A DNA stretch of 20,000 nucleotides from an uncultured virus (IMG/VR IMGVR_UViG_3300016467_000405) (taxonomy: Duplodnaviria > Heunggongvirae > Uroviricota > Caudoviricetes): IMG/VR virus record IMGVR_UViG_3300016467_000405. One strand, written 5' to 3'. A program made the position numbers and the translations under genes. Within the stretch, counting starts at the first letter, position 1. Each line of letters begins with the position of its first letter. Shown here piece by piece: positions 7,786 to 16,669 of this stretch. The notes below the pieces were generated by a model that was given only the letters and a program-made list of their open reading frames with translations, did not search any database and had not been told where the DNA came from.

Positions 7786-7895
7786 GTGCAAGAAGTGTTA
7801 TGACCACCATCCCGTCGATAACTATCGGGGGATGAAGTTCTATGTGTGCCCCGTGTTGAACCGGGTCATCCTTTTAAATGATGGAGAACAAAACA

Positions 7896-8360
7896 ATGAA
7901 AAGAAACCTGACCAATACGGGGAAGATCCTGCAAACGCTTGATCGTTCCTTCGGGCTGACCCGCGCTGAACTTGCTAACCGACTCGGTGAGTCGAGAGAT
8001 ACCATCAGGAAGACCCTGCATGTCATGCTCAAGGATGGGCGCATTGCGCGTGTGATCGGTGACGATGGAGTAGAGATCTACAACATCACGGATGTGGGGA
8101 AAGCCGCGCTCACTAAAGAACTGGCCCGCGCCAGCCTGTCTGAACCTGCACCGAAGGTGTGGAAGGAAGATACTTCTATTATCAAACCTATTATCAGTGC
8201 CCCCCAAAAAAGCCATGACGCGTGGGCTACGTTGGTAGAAGAAGCTGAACAGCGTGGGTTCGCCAAGGGCTACGCCGAAGGCATCAAAACCTCACAGGCG
8301 CAGGCATATCAAGATGCCAAGTTGGACATTGTTAAAAAGCTCGTAGGGGTAGTGACATGA
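7896..8360 (+). CDS. Winged-helix DNA-binding protein
   Basis: GGAG RBS before ATG 7896; KILQTL....GLTRAELANRLGESRDTIRKTLHVMLKDGRIARV...YNITDVGK wHTH pattern. Confidence 0.7.
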   Translation: MKRNLTNTGKILQTLDRSFGLTRAELANRLGESRDTIRKTLHVMLKDGRIARVIGDDGVEIYNITDVGKAALTKELARASLSEPAPKVWKEDTSIIKPIISAPQKSHDAWATLVEEAEQRGFAKGYAEGIKTSQAQAYQDAKLDIVKKLVGVVT

Positions 8361-8608
8361 TGGGGTTAATCCTTGCCGGAACTATGGTCCTCACACCTAC
8401 GGGGCGTGAGTATATTCAACCCATGGGCGGAGACAGCTACAACATTTGGTCCAGTAACGGCATCACTCAGGTACGTGACTTCGGTGGATGGACTCAGATT
8501 AAAACGCCTGATGGTAGCACCACAACGATCTGGCCTGACAATGCGCGTGAGGTTCCTGTACTGCCTGTAGTTCCAGTTGGGACGGAGGATGGTGATGGAC
8601 AAGAATAA
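8357..8608 (+). CDS. Hypothetical protein
   Basis: ATGA coupling with the upstream gene. Confidence 0.55.
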   Translation: MMGLILAGTMVLTPTGREYIQPMGGDSYNIWSSNGITQVRDFGGWTQIKTPDGSTTTIWPDNAREVPVLPVVPVGTEDGDGQE

Positions 8609-8828
8609 GTTCAAAGGCCGCCCGTTCAGCGATGAGGATGTGAAGACTATCGTGGAGGAGATTACGTTTCTTCTGGATGGTGGTTATCGCAGGAATGATA
8701 AGGAGCAGATTGAACGTGGGCTGGAGGTAGCTCTGGAATCGGTGGCTCCCGAGTGTTGGAAGCGTTGGGCGCTGACCCCGCAGAAGTTTGTGATTCAGGA
8801 GATTTATGCGATGGGAGGTGCGGCATGA
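8595..8828 (+). CDS. Hypothetical protein
   Basis: GGAGG RBS; stop overlaps thyX ATG (ATGA). Confidence 0.6.
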   Translation: MDKNKFKGRPFSDEDVKTIVEEITFLLDGGYRRNDKEQIERGLEVALESVAPECWKRWALTPQKFVIQEIYAMGGAA

Positions 8829-9448
8829 GTGTTGAGTTAATCGCAATCACTCCCGAAGCAGAAAAGCTCATCGCCTACTGTGCAAGGGTATCGAGTCCGA
8901 ATCAGGAGAATCCTGAGTATGCCAAGCTGTTGGCCTACTGCATCAAGCATAAGCATTGGTCTATCTTCGAGCAAGCCTCGATGACCGTGGAGATTGAAAC
9001 AAGCCGGATGATCTCGGCACAGATACTCAGGCATAGATCGTTCCAGTTTCAGGAGTTCAGCCAGAGATATGCCAAGGCTCAGGACTATGTACCGTACGAA
9101 GCTCGTCGGCAAGACGAGAAGAACAGACAGAATTCGATTGATGATCTGAGTGATGAGATTAAAGCCGAGTGGCTGGTTCGCCAGAAAGAAGTCTTCGCTA
9201 TGTGTATGGGGGATTATAAGTGGGCCTTGGATCACGGCATCGCCAAAGAGTGTGCAAGAGCTGTACTTCCTATGCAGACTGCGACTAGACTGTACATGAC
9301 GGGATCGATTCGGTCTTGGATTCATTATCTGGAGTTACGTACTGGGCCTGATACTCAGCTTGAGCATCGCGAAATCGCGAACGAGATCAAGGCCATTTTT
9401 GTTAGAGAGCTACCTGTGGTAGCTGAAGCGCTCGGATGGACCGAGTAG
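8825..9448 (+). CDS. thyX: Flavin-dependent thymidylate synthase
   Basis: GGAGG RBS, ATG 8825; [26 protein letters not shown] (RHRX7S ThyX motif), [23 protein letters not shown]. Confidence 0.95.
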   Translation: MSVELIAITPEAEKLIAYCARVSSPNQENPEYAKLLAYCIKHKHWSIFEQASMTVEIETSRMISAQILRHRSFQFQEFSQRYAKAQDYVPYEARRQDEKNRQNSIDDLSDEIKAEWLVRQKEVFAMCMGDYKWALDHGIAKECARAVLPMQTATRLYMTGSIRSWIHYLELRTGPDTQLEHREIANEIKAIFVRELPVVAEALGWTE

Positions 9449-9597
9449 AAGAGTTACGCCGCCTCACCATTTTAATCAATGGCTGTATGGGAGTACTTTG
9501 AGGCGGCACCTTGTTATGGGATCACTGACCATTTTTTAAAAACGCCAAAGTAAGAAGGGGCGCAGGTTGGTGTTCCCACCCTATTGGAGAATGAACT

Positions 9598-9828
9598 ATG
9601 AGTAAGAACACTGGAGGCCCGGCGTTTCCGGGATTACACCCGTCAAAGGAATGCACTTATAAAGATTCTGGCATGACCCTCCGCGACTACTTCGCGGCCA
9701 AGGCGATGCAGGGGATTATTACAGCGGGAAAATATGGTGGTGTTATTGGCGTAAACGGGTATGAGTTTTCATTGGCAAAGATGGCATACATAACGGCCGA
9801 TGCCATGCTTGCGGAGAGGGAGAAATGA
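9598..9828 (+). CDS. Conserved phage hypothetical protein
   Basis: GGAG RBS; TGGPAFP...GMTLRDYFAAKAMQG...AY..ADAML.ER family signature. Confidence 0.85.
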   Translation: MSKNTGGPAFPGLHPSKECTYKDSGMTLRDYFAAKAMQGIITAGKYGGVIGVNGYEFSLAKMAYITADAMLAEREK

Positions 9829-10214
9829 GCGAAGCAAAGTACCAATACTTTTGCACAAAATGCGGTACGGAGAGAGACAGTTTGCTAGATCATCCCGCTA
9901 TAGGGATTGGTGGTTATTCATGGAATTGTCCACGCTGTAATGGTCCTGTTGATTCTCGCGAGGTTGTTATGAGCGAAGCACCGAAGAAGATTTGGTATGA
10001 CTCTGATCTGGCCCGACTCGTAAACGAACGAGGACTTGAAAATGACATCCCATACATCCGCGCCGACATTGTTGATGAGTTGGTGGAGGCGTTGGAGCAC
10101 ATCGAAGAATACTGGAATAGAGATTCAAACATTTCAGCTATGTCCGATGCGCTCTGGCACATCATCGAAGTAGCACAAGCCGCACTCGCAAAGCTGGAGG
10201 AGAGCCATGATTAA
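9825..10214 (+). CDS. Hypothetical protein, Zn-ribbon N-terminal module fused to a second module
   Basis: CTKCG...CPRC, then internal MSEAPKKIW...YIRAD; ATGA coupling. Confidence 0.65.
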   Translation: MSEAKYQYFCTKCGTERDSLLDHPAIGIGGYSWNCPRCNGPVDSREVVMSEAPKKIWYDSDLARLVNERGLENDIPYIRADIVDELVEALEHIEEYWNRDSNISAMSDALWHIIEVAQAALAKLEESHD

Positions 10215-10506
10215 GTTAGGCCCTATTGTCATTTACACGGGCGAATACCTGAATGGTTGGCGAATGGTCGGGGTTGGATGGCGGGTAACGTGGTTCTTTG
10301 GTTTTAGCGTGAATGAAAAGCTGTTGAAAGATGACGTACTAGAGGAGAGCCATGAGTGAAGGATTTATGTTACTCCAACAGCGCAAAACTGTTGGCTACA
10401 TGGCTCTGTGGGATGGTTTCAAAATATCCGCTTACAAGAAACCGAGTTGGTTCTATTTAGCTATGATGCAGTGTTGCTTTGGGTGGAAGTGGGAGGAGAG
10501 CCATGA
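10197..10506 (+). repeat. Three copies of 14-bp GAGGAGAGCCATGA at consecutive gene junctions
   Basis: 10197-10210, 10342-10355, 10493-10506. Confidence 0.9.
10207..10359 (+). CDS. Small hypothetical protein (50 aa)
   Basis: GAGGAG RBS; MIKLGPIVIYTG...VLEESHE; below ORF-track cutoff. Confidence 0.6.
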   Translation: MIKLGPIVIYTGEYLNGWRMVGVGWRVTWFFGFSVNEKLLKDDVLEESHE

Positions 10507-10510
10507 CTGA
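10352..10510 (+). CDS. Small hypothetical protein (52 aa)
   Basis: GAGGAG RBS; MSEGFMLLQQ...KKPSWFYLAMMQCCFGWKWEESHD. Confidence 0.65.
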   Translation: MSEGFMLLQQRKTVGYMALWDGFKISAYKKPSWFYLAMMQCCFGWKWEESHD

Positions 10511-10802
10511 CAAAGAACTTATAGAACTCGCGGCGAAAGCGGCGGGGATTGATATTAAGTGGAAAGAATGGGTGACTGACAAAGAATGGAACCCCCTAAC
10601 CGATGACGGTGACGCGCTGAGGTTGGCGGTGAAGTTGAATCTTGGCGTTAATGTTACTAGTGGGTTGAAGTGGACCACTATTACCTTCTTTGGTCCGCAG
10701 CATGACATGCCATACATAGAAGAAAAACATGGTGATGACCCATACGCAGCAACCCGACGCGCTATTGTCAGAGCCGCCGCTGAAATTGGGAGGACGTTAT
10801 GA
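10503..10802 (+). CDS. Conserved phage hypothetical protein
   Basis: MTDKELIELAAKAAG...WNPLTDDGDALRLAVKL...AATRRAIVRAAAEIG family signature. Confidence 0.85.
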   Translation: MTDKELIELAAKAAGIDIKWKEWVTDKEWNPLTDDGDALRLAVKLNLGVNVTSGLKWTTITFFGPQHDMPYIEEKHGDDPYAATRRAIVRAAAEIGRTL

Positions 10803-11011
10803 CTGACAAAATAATAATCCACTGTGACGAATGTGATTCGACTGATGTTTTACACGAAGAAGTTCAGTCAGCACCGAAAGAAGTCCACAAGACAATGAGT
10901 GATGTGATTGCATCCAATTCAAGAGCGTTAATTTCTAATGGTCTGTATGTATACCGTACCTACAGACTCGTCTGTAAAGAGTGTGGGTTGATTAAGAAAT
11001 ATCAGGTGTAG
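10799..11011 (+). CDS. Small zinc-ribbon protein
   Basis: GGAGG RBS; CDECDS...CKECG. Confidence 0.65.
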   Translation: MTDKIIIHCDECDSTDVLHEEVQSAPKEVHKTMSDVIASNSRALISNGLYVYRTYRLVCKECGLIKKYQV

Positions 11012-11013
11012 CA

Positions 11014-11271
11014 ATGACTAAAAAAGCGCGTGAGTTGTTGGAACGAGTGCTGGCTGGCATGGATAGGTATGGAGACATTTACCCAGAAACGCTTGAAGAA
11101 ATCCGCGCCTATCTCGCAGAGCCAGAGGTGAAGCGAGAGGCGTTGAGTGAGGATGAAGTAAAAAACTATCTTTGTCGCATACCGTGGATGGAATCTTTGG
11201 AAAGGGTTGCATTTAAGTATGGTGTCCGCTTCGCAGAAAAGCACCACGGGATTGGAGGTGGGGATGAGTAG
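11014..11271 (+). CDS. Hypothetical phage protein
   Basis: AGGTG RBS; RELL..., EIRAYLAEPE, LSEDE, GVRFAEKHHGIGG modules. Confidence 0.7.
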   Translation: MTKKARELLERVLAGMDRYGDIYPETLEEIRAYLAEPEVKREALSEDEVKNYLCRIPWMESLERVAFKYGVRFAEKHHGIGGGDE

Positions 11272-11710
11272 GGAAAGAGAGCTATTGAGGCGACTTTTGA
11301 GTAATTGGGAACATCCATGCTCAGGACGTTTTGGAGATTTGTTTGATGAAGTGCGTGAACTCCTCTCCACCTCAGAGCCAGAGCAGGATGAACCTGTCGG
11401 AAATTCCGACACGTTGTTAGAGCAGGATGATGCGCCTGTGGCTTATCTGTATGACTTGGATGCTTACTGCGATCACCGACCGGAACAGGACGTTTTGACT
11501 AAAAAAATACCGAAAGGTATTCCGTCAGAGTACCTCAAGAATGTAAGGCCGCTCCATATTCACCCCGCCCCACGGGAGCCTTTTGTGCGGTTGAGTGAGG
11601 AGGAGATCAGCGAAATAGGGGCAAGCATTCCGCCAAAGATGGATCTAGCGGAAGCAAAAAAGAAATTTGCCCGAGCCATTGAGGATGCGTTGGAGGAAAA
11701 GAATAAATGA
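11264..11710 (+). CDS. Hypothetical modular phage protein
   Basis: GGAGG RBS; ERELL..., PEQDEPV, PVAY, RLSEEEI, FARAIE..L.EKN modules. Confidence 0.7.
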   Translation: MSRERELLRRLLSNWEHPCSGRFGDLFDEVRELLSTSEPEQDEPVGNSDTLLEQDDAPVAYLYDLDAYCDHRPEQDVLTKKIPKGIPSEYLKNVRPLHIHPAPREPFVRLSEEEISEIGASIPPKMDLAEAKKKFARAIEDALEEKNK

Positions 11711-11886
11711 AAGACGTAAATGATTGGGTAGCTCAGCCACACCCGGAAGATATAAAGCGTATGGAGGAGAGAAGTTTTGTGCGGTTGAGTGAGGAGGAAG
11801 TAAACAACCTGACCTACGCTCCGCTGGAGCCGTATGAACTGATCTGTGCAGTGGAGAACCTACTAGCAAGAAAGAACAATGGATGA
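11707..11886 (+). CDS. Small hypothetical protein (59 aa)
   Basis: ATGA coupling, GGAGG RBS; shares FVRLSEEE with the upstream gene. Confidence 0.6.
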   Translation: MKDVNDWVAQPHPEDIKRMEERSFVRLSEEEVNNLTYAPLEPYELICAVENLLARKNNG

Positions 11887-12052
11887 AGAACTGGAACGGT
11901 GGAAAGCCGAGCGTGAGGCAGAGGTAGAGCACCTCAATGCTGAGATATGCAAAGCCGAGTCTTACCTGCGGTGCTTACGCCAGCTCAAGGATGCGGCAAT
12001 GATGTGTAGCTACCCGCGAATGAGAATGAAGGTGGAAAACGATGACCGATGA
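11879..12052 (+). CDS. Small hypothetical protein (57 aa)
   Basis: Read by eye: MDEELERWKAEREAEVEHLNAEICK...; overlaps both neighbours. Confidence 0.5.
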   Translation: MDEELERWKAEREAEVEHLNAEICKAESYLRCLRQLKDAAMMCSYPRMRMKVENDDR

Positions 12053-12308
12053 CTGGGTTGAGGCCGAGGAGGAAATGAGTAGCGAGTTTTGGTACGACAC
12101 ACCCAAGGAGGTGAGGGATAAAATCCGCGCATCAAAACTGGGTAATCGGAACAGGTGGAGGGAGGATCTCACACCGAAGTATGAGGAAGTGAAGAAGCTG
12201 GTGGCTGATGGCGTGCAGGTGTCCTGTGCTTGCGAGGCTGTAGGGATCACACGAGATCAGTATTACCGTAGGCGGAGGATCGAGATGAACGGGAGGGACA
12301 GGGTATGA
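12042..12308 (+). CDS. Putative small DNA-binding protein (NUMOD3-like + HTH)
   Basis: EVRDKIRASKLGNRN resembles NUMOD3; LVADGVQVSCACEAVGITRDQYYRRR resembles an HTH. Confidence 0.55.
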   Translation: MTDDWVEAEEEMSSEFWYDTPKEVRDKIRASKLGNRNRWREDLTPKYEEVKKLVADGVQVSCACEAVGITRDQYYRRRRIEMNGRDRV

Positions 12309-12523
12309 GCAAATACGCTGAGGGAAACTACCTCATCATTGGGTTCGACCCGATGGGTACGAAGCTGTTCACTAAGCTGGCCGCAAGTCAGAACCATCTG
12401 GGTGCGATTGATGAAGGCGAACAGGCGATTCAGGATCAGGTCTGTGCAAGCTACGTCACGCTGAGAGTTCAGCACAATTCAAAGACGGTGGAACAACAAC
12501 TGTGGGAGAAGAGGAATGACTAG
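12305..12523 (+). CDS. Hypothetical protein
   Basis: ATGA coupling. Confidence 0.6.
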   Translation: MSKYAEGNYLIIGFDPMGTKLFTKLAASQNHLGAIDEGEQAIQDQVCASYVTLRVQHNSKTVEQQLWEKRND

Positions 12524-12815
12524 ACATAAGCACGCTGATGTAATCATCGCTTGGGCGAATGGTGAGGATGTTGAGCAGAGAAATCTGGATTCAGATCGTT
12601 GGTTTCCTGTGAAAGCGGAACACCCTATATGGTACGCACATGCCGAATACCGCATCAAACCCAAGATCGTGAAGAAGCAAGCAAATGTAGCGGTCTACAA
12701 ACTTAAGGATGGAAGCTATAAAGTCCAGCTTCTCTTCTTTGGTGATATGCACTTCACAATCGAAGGATCTACGATGGTAACTAGGCAACCCATCGAGTGG
12801 GAGGAAGAAGTATGA
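12516..12815 (+). CDS. Conserved phage hypothetical protein
   Basis: HKHAD.I.AWA.G..VE.......W......P.W.....YRIKP signature. Confidence 0.75.
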   Translation: MTRHKHADVIIAWANGEDVEQRNLDSDRWFPVKAEHPIWYAHAEYRIKPKIVKKQANVAVYKLKDGSYKVQLLFFGDMHFTIEGSTMVTRQPIEWEEEV

Positions 12816-13000
12816 ACGAAGAAACCATAGACGCCTGCATTAAAGAGCTGGTCCAGATCAGAAGAGGGCTGAACTTACTGGCTGACCAGAAGATCATGAA
12901 TACCGGGAAGGGTGACTTCTTTATGGATGGTCAGGTGAACGGGCTCAACATAGCGATTGCTGCGTTGGAAGATTTTAAATTGGGAGAAGATGATGTTTGA
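12812..13000 (+). CDS. Hypothetical protein
   Basis: GGAGG RBS, ATGA coupling. Confidence 0.6.
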   Translation: MNEETIDACIKELVQIRRGLNLLADQKIMNTGKGDFFMDGQVNGLNIAIAALEDFKLGEDDV

Positions 13001-13187
13001 CGAGACCTGCAAATGGATCAGGACTAAAGATCTGGTCTGGGATACGCAGTGCAAACATCAAGTAGGGACACCGCGTAAGTGGGAACCCATCGAAGGCATG
13101 GCCTGCATCTGCTGTAAGAAACCTGTGGAGGTGATGAGTGACGCCGGAAGCGAAAGTAAAGAAAGACATCAGGAAAATCCTAGATGA
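12990..13187 (+). CDS. Small Cys-rich hypothetical protein
   Basis: TCKW......WDTQC......C.CC.KP motif. Confidence 0.6.
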   Translation: MMFDETCKWIRTKDLVWDTQCKHQVGTPRKWEPIEGMACICCKKPVEVMSDAGSESKERHQENPR

Positions 13188-13440
13188 GTACGGTGCTTGG
13201 CACTGTATGCCTATGGGTACTGGCTACGGTAGGAGCGGGGTCCCTGATCTGCTTGCTTGTTATCTCGGAAACTTCATTGCCATCGAAGCAAAGGCAGGGG
13301 ACAATAAGCCCACCGCACTGCAAGTGCGAGAACTCGAACGAATCAAAAAAACCGGAGGCTACGCCTTGTTGGTCAACGAGTCCAACATTGATTACCTAAG
13401 GCAACTTTTAGAGAAGATTAGGCAATGCCCACAATCATAA
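13138..13440 (+). CDS. VRR-NUC domain nuclease (putative Holliday junction resolvase)
   Basis: TPEAKVK, GYGRSGVPDL, FIAIEAKA..NKPTALQ...L..I...GG.ALLVNE. Confidence 0.88.
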   Translation: MTPEAKVKKDIRKILDEYGAWHCMPMGTGYGRSGVPDLLACYLGNFIAIEAKAGDNKPTALQVRELERIKKTGGYALLVNESNIDYLRQLLEKIRQCPQS

Positions 13441-15266
13441 CTTGTGATATCGAGTCGTTTTACGACCGGGATTATTCCCTATCCAAACTGGCCACGGAAG
13501 GCTACGTTAACGACAAGCGGTTTGAAGTGATCGGTGTTGGGGCGAAGGTGAATGGAGGAGAGACTCAGACCTTTACGGGCCCCCGTAAGCAGACTGCTGA
13601 ATGGTTGGACCGATTCAATTGGGAGGACGCCTATGTCCTCTGCCATAACACCCTGTTCGATGCCACGATTCTTTCGTGGAAGTTTGGAATCAAACCCAAG
13701 ATGTGGCTGGACACCCTGTCCATGGCCCGCGCTCTGCACGGTACGGAAGTCGGCGGATCGCTCAAGGCTCTGGCTGAATACTATGGTGTCGGTGAAAAAG
13801 GCACCGAGGTAATGAACGCGCTGGGTAAGCGCCGCATGCAGTTCAGGGAACCCGAGCTCGAAGCGTACATGCTGTACTGCAAGAATGACGTAGACCTGAC
13901 CTACGAGATATTTAAACGGATGGCCCCCGCCTTTAATAAGGAGGAGATTAAGTTAATCGATATGACGATTCGCATGCATACGGAACCTAAGATGCTGCTG
14001 GATCAACAGGTGTTGAAGGACCACCTGTACAACGTGCGGGCGAAGAAGGAAGAGTTGATGGCGAAGATCGCCACGGATAAATCCGAGCTCATGTCCAATC
14101 CGAAGTTCGCCGAGGCTCTTATAGCACTAGGTGTTACACCTCCGATGAAGACTTCTCTGCGCACGGGTAAGGAGACTTATGCCTTTGCCAAGTCGGATGA
14201 GGAAATGAAGGCATTACTGGAACACCCGAACCCTGAGGTGCAAGCTCTGGTGGCGGCAAGGATCGGTGTGAAGTCTACGCTGGAAGAGACCCGCACTCAG
14301 CGGTTCATTGATATGGCTGACAGGTTCGGCAAGCTCCCGGTTCCTCTCAAGTACTATGGCGCGATGACAGGGCGTTGGGCGGCTACGGATGGAACCAATC
14401 TTCAGAATATTCCCAGAGGTTCCGTACTCAAGGAAGCGATCACTGCACCCGAAGGGTGGAAGATTGTCGGCGCCGACTTGTCCAATATCGAACTTCGTGT
14501 GGGCCTGTACTTTGCAGGTCAGATGGACAAGCTGAATCTTCTGGCTAATGGTGTGGATCTTTATAAAGACTTCGCATCTGCTGTGTTCGGTGTGGGGTAT
14601 GACGAGGTGGACGATGATCAAAGATTTATCGGGAAAACCTCGCAGTTGAGCCTTATTTACGGTACGGGGCCCGGCAAGCTTCGGAACGCAATCAAGATGA
14701 TGTCAGGTAAAGACATCGGTGAGGCGGAAGCCAAGCGTATCGTAGACATCTACCGTAGGGACTACTCGCGTGTGAAGGAGTCTTGGTATGAGGGCGATAA
14801 GATGCTCTACGCCATGCGGGATAATACAGCCGCTGTGTTTGGCGAAGCGATCCCCCTGCCTGTACTGGGTGCTGCTGGCATTCAGCTTCCTTCAGGTTTG
14901 TTCCTTAAATACCCGGATCTCAAGCAGCATGTGAATGAGATGCAGAGGAAAGAGTGGAGCTACGCGCAGCGCAAGGAGAGGGTGCGTATCCATGGCCCCA
15001 AGTGTTTTCAGAACACGATTCAGGCGTTGGCTCGGTGCGTAATGGGTGAGTCGATGGTGCGTATTGCCAAGAGACTGCCTGTAGCTTTAACAATTCACGA
15101 TGCGGTGTACTGCATGGTGCCGGATCAGATTGTGGACAAAGCTAAGAAGTTCATCGTACAGGAGCTGAAGCGCCCACCCGAGTGGGCCACTGAACTACCT
15201 CTCGACGCCGAGGTAGGAGCGGGGCAAAGCCTTGCATTCAAGATGAAGAAACTGGAGGGAGTATGA
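13425..15266 (+). CDS. polA: Family A DNA polymerase with 3'-5' exonuclease domain
   Basis: ExoI DIES, ExoII HNTLFD, ExoIII YCKND; TGRW, NLQN, motif A DLSNIELR, motif B RFIGKTSQLSLIYG, motif C IHDA. Confidence 0.93.
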   Translation: MPTIITCDIESFYDRDYSLSKLATEGYVNDKRFEVIGVGAKVNGGETQTFTGPRKQTAEWLDRFNWEDAYVLCHNTLFDATILSWKFGIKPKMWLDTLSMARALHGTEVGGSLKALAEYYGVGEKGTEVMNALGKRRMQFREPELEAYMLYCKNDVDLTYEIFKRMAPAFNKEEIKLIDMTIRMHTEPKMLLDQQVLKDHLYNVRAKKEELMAKIATDKSELMSNPKFAEALIALGVTPPMKTSLRTGKETYAFAKSDEEMKALLEHPNPEVQALVAARIGVKSTLEETRTQRFIDMADRFGKLPVPLKYYGAMTGRWAATDGTNLQNIPRGSVLKEAITAPEGWKIVGADLSNIELRVGLYFAGQMDKLNLLANGVDLYKDFASAVFGVGYDEVDDDQRFIGKTSQLSLIYGTGPGKLRNAIKMMSGKDIGEAEAKRIVDIYRRDYSRVKESWYEGDKMLYAMRDNTAAVFGEAIPLPVLGAAGIQLPSGLFLKYPDLKQHVNEMQRKEWSYAQRKERVRIHGPKCFQNTIQALARCVMGESMVRIAKRLPVALTIHDAVYCMVPDQIVDKAKKFIVQELKRPPEWATELPLDAEVGAGQSLAFKMKKLEGV

Positions 15267-15685
15267 CCAGACCTTTGTACGAGAAGAAAGAACACCGTGA
15301 GGCCGCCTACAAGGCGGCTATGGAGATTGAAGATAAGACAAACGCCAAGGTAGAGATGGGTCCGCCTATGGCGCACTGGGACTTCATTATTCATGCAAAG
15401 AACAAACCTGTAGCGATTGCCGATTTCAAGGAGCGGTACAACACGCACGACAAGTACAAGACCTACTTCGTTTCTGAGAAGCGGGTGAAGAACCTGCTGA
15501 ACGAAGCGGTGGAACGTAACCTTAAACCTGTTCTGTTCGTGCGGTGGACTGATGGCCTTCGGTGGTTACAGATTGCTCCCAATGCGCATGTTGACCGCAC
15601 CATAGGTGGAAGGTACGACCGGGGTGATTCGGCGGATGTGGAGTATATGCTTCACTATTGGTCAAAAGATTTCCAGAGCGTATAA
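15263..15685 (+). CDS. Putative PD-(D/E)XK-fold nuclease
   Basis: ATGA coupling; WDF.......IADFKER...Y.TYFVSEK..VLFVRWTDG...GGR.DRGD..DVE. Confidence 0.5.
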   Translation: MTRPLYEKKEHREAAYKAAMEIEDKTNAKVEMGPPMAHWDFIIHAKNKPVAIADFKERYNTHDKYKTYFVSEKRVKNLLNEAVERNLKPVLFVRWTDGLRWLQIAPNAHVDRTIGGRYDRGDSADVEYMLHYWSKDFQSV

Positions 15686-15713
15686 TAAGGCTTTCCATCT
15701 TCAAGGATGAGTT

Positions 15714-16391
15714 ATGAGCCGGACGCCCGGACCATGGAGCTATAGCTCCCTCAAGCTGTTTGAGCAATGCCCTCGACGCTACCAAGCGGAGAAGGTCACC
15801 AAGGAAGTGCCGTTCACACAAAACGAAGCTGCCCTGTACGGTGAGCAACTGCACAAGGCCGCGGAAGAATATATCCGTGATGGCAAGCCTATCGACCCGA
15901 GGTTTGATTTCATCAAGCCTTATCTGGATAAGCTCAATGCCATTGAAGGTGTGAAGTTTTGTGAGATGAAGTTGGGGGTGAAACGTGTGGAAGGACGATT
16001 GGCTCCTTGTGACTTTTTCGATTCCGATGTTTGGTTTCGTGGCGTGGCAGATTTGGTTATCCTCGATGGGGACCGGGCTTGGGTAGTGGACTATAAGTCA
16101 GGTAAAAGCGCCAAGTATGCAGATACCCGGCAGCTTGCCTTGATGGCGGCGGCATTGTTCTTGAAGTATCCTGAGATCAAAAAGATCAAAACTTCTTTGC
16201 TGTTCGTAGTGTCCAAGGAGTTTGTTAAGGAAGACTTTCAGAAAGAGTTCGGCCTTAGCGTGTTCTCTGAACTGAATGGCCTGTTGACCGCAAGGGATAC
16301 AGCCTATGAAACGGATGTATGGAACCCAAGACCTAACGGTCTGTGCCGTAAGTGGTGCCCCGTTAAATCCTGCGCGCATTGTGGAGAATGA
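15714..16391 (+). CDS. Cas4/RecB-like PD-(D/E)XK exonuclease
   Basis: WSYSSL..FEQCP, G..LH...E, RGVADL, VVDYKSGK, QL.L.A, C-terminal C..C....C Fe-S/Zn cysteines. Confidence 0.85.
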   Translation: MSRTPGPWSYSSLKLFEQCPRRYQAEKVTKEVPFTQNEAALYGEQLHKAAEEYIRDGKPIDPRFDFIKPYLDKLNAIEGVKFCEMKLGVKRVEGRLAPCDFFDSDVWFRGVADLVILDGDRAWVVDYKSGKSAKYADTRQLALMAAALFLKYPEIKKIKTSLLFVVSKEFVKEDFQKEFGLSVFSELNGLLTARDTAYETDVWNPRPNGLCRKWCPVKSCAHCGE

Positions 16392-16669
16392 TGATGCCTA
16401 GAGTACCACCCGAGAAACGGGATTACGCACATGAACGTGCGTTGGAAAAGAAGAAGCCCGGTGCTTTTGAAGCACGGATGGAACGTCAGCGCGCACGCAG
16501 GGCGCTGGATAAGAAGGGTGTGGATCGTACTGGCAAGGACGTAGCCCATGTGAAATCTCTTGCTCATGGTGGCAGCAACGCAGATGGCGTGAAGCTGGAA
16601 AGCCCGAAGAAGAACAGGACCTTTGCTCGACTGTCGAGCGGTAAACCTAAAGCGAAGTACGACAAGTGA
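16388..16669 (+). CDS. Small HNH-like protein
   Basis: RDY..E, R..ARR, GKDVAHVKSLAHGGSN........KNR.F; GGAG RBS; start among three tandem ATGs. Confidence 0.7.
   Translation: MMMPRVPPEKRDYAHERALEKKKPGAFEARMERQRARRALDKKGVDRTGKDVAHVKSLAHGGSNADGVKLESPKKNRTFARLSSGKPKAKYDK

Noticed and set aside
10197..10506. CRISPR array or integron attC sites
   Set aside because: Repeats are only 14 bp, non-palindromic and separated by ~135-nt coding sequences.
15714..16391. CRISPR-Cas system based on the Cas4-like gene
   Set aside because: No other cas genes or repeat-spacer array. Solo Cas4-like exonucleases are usual in phage replication modules.
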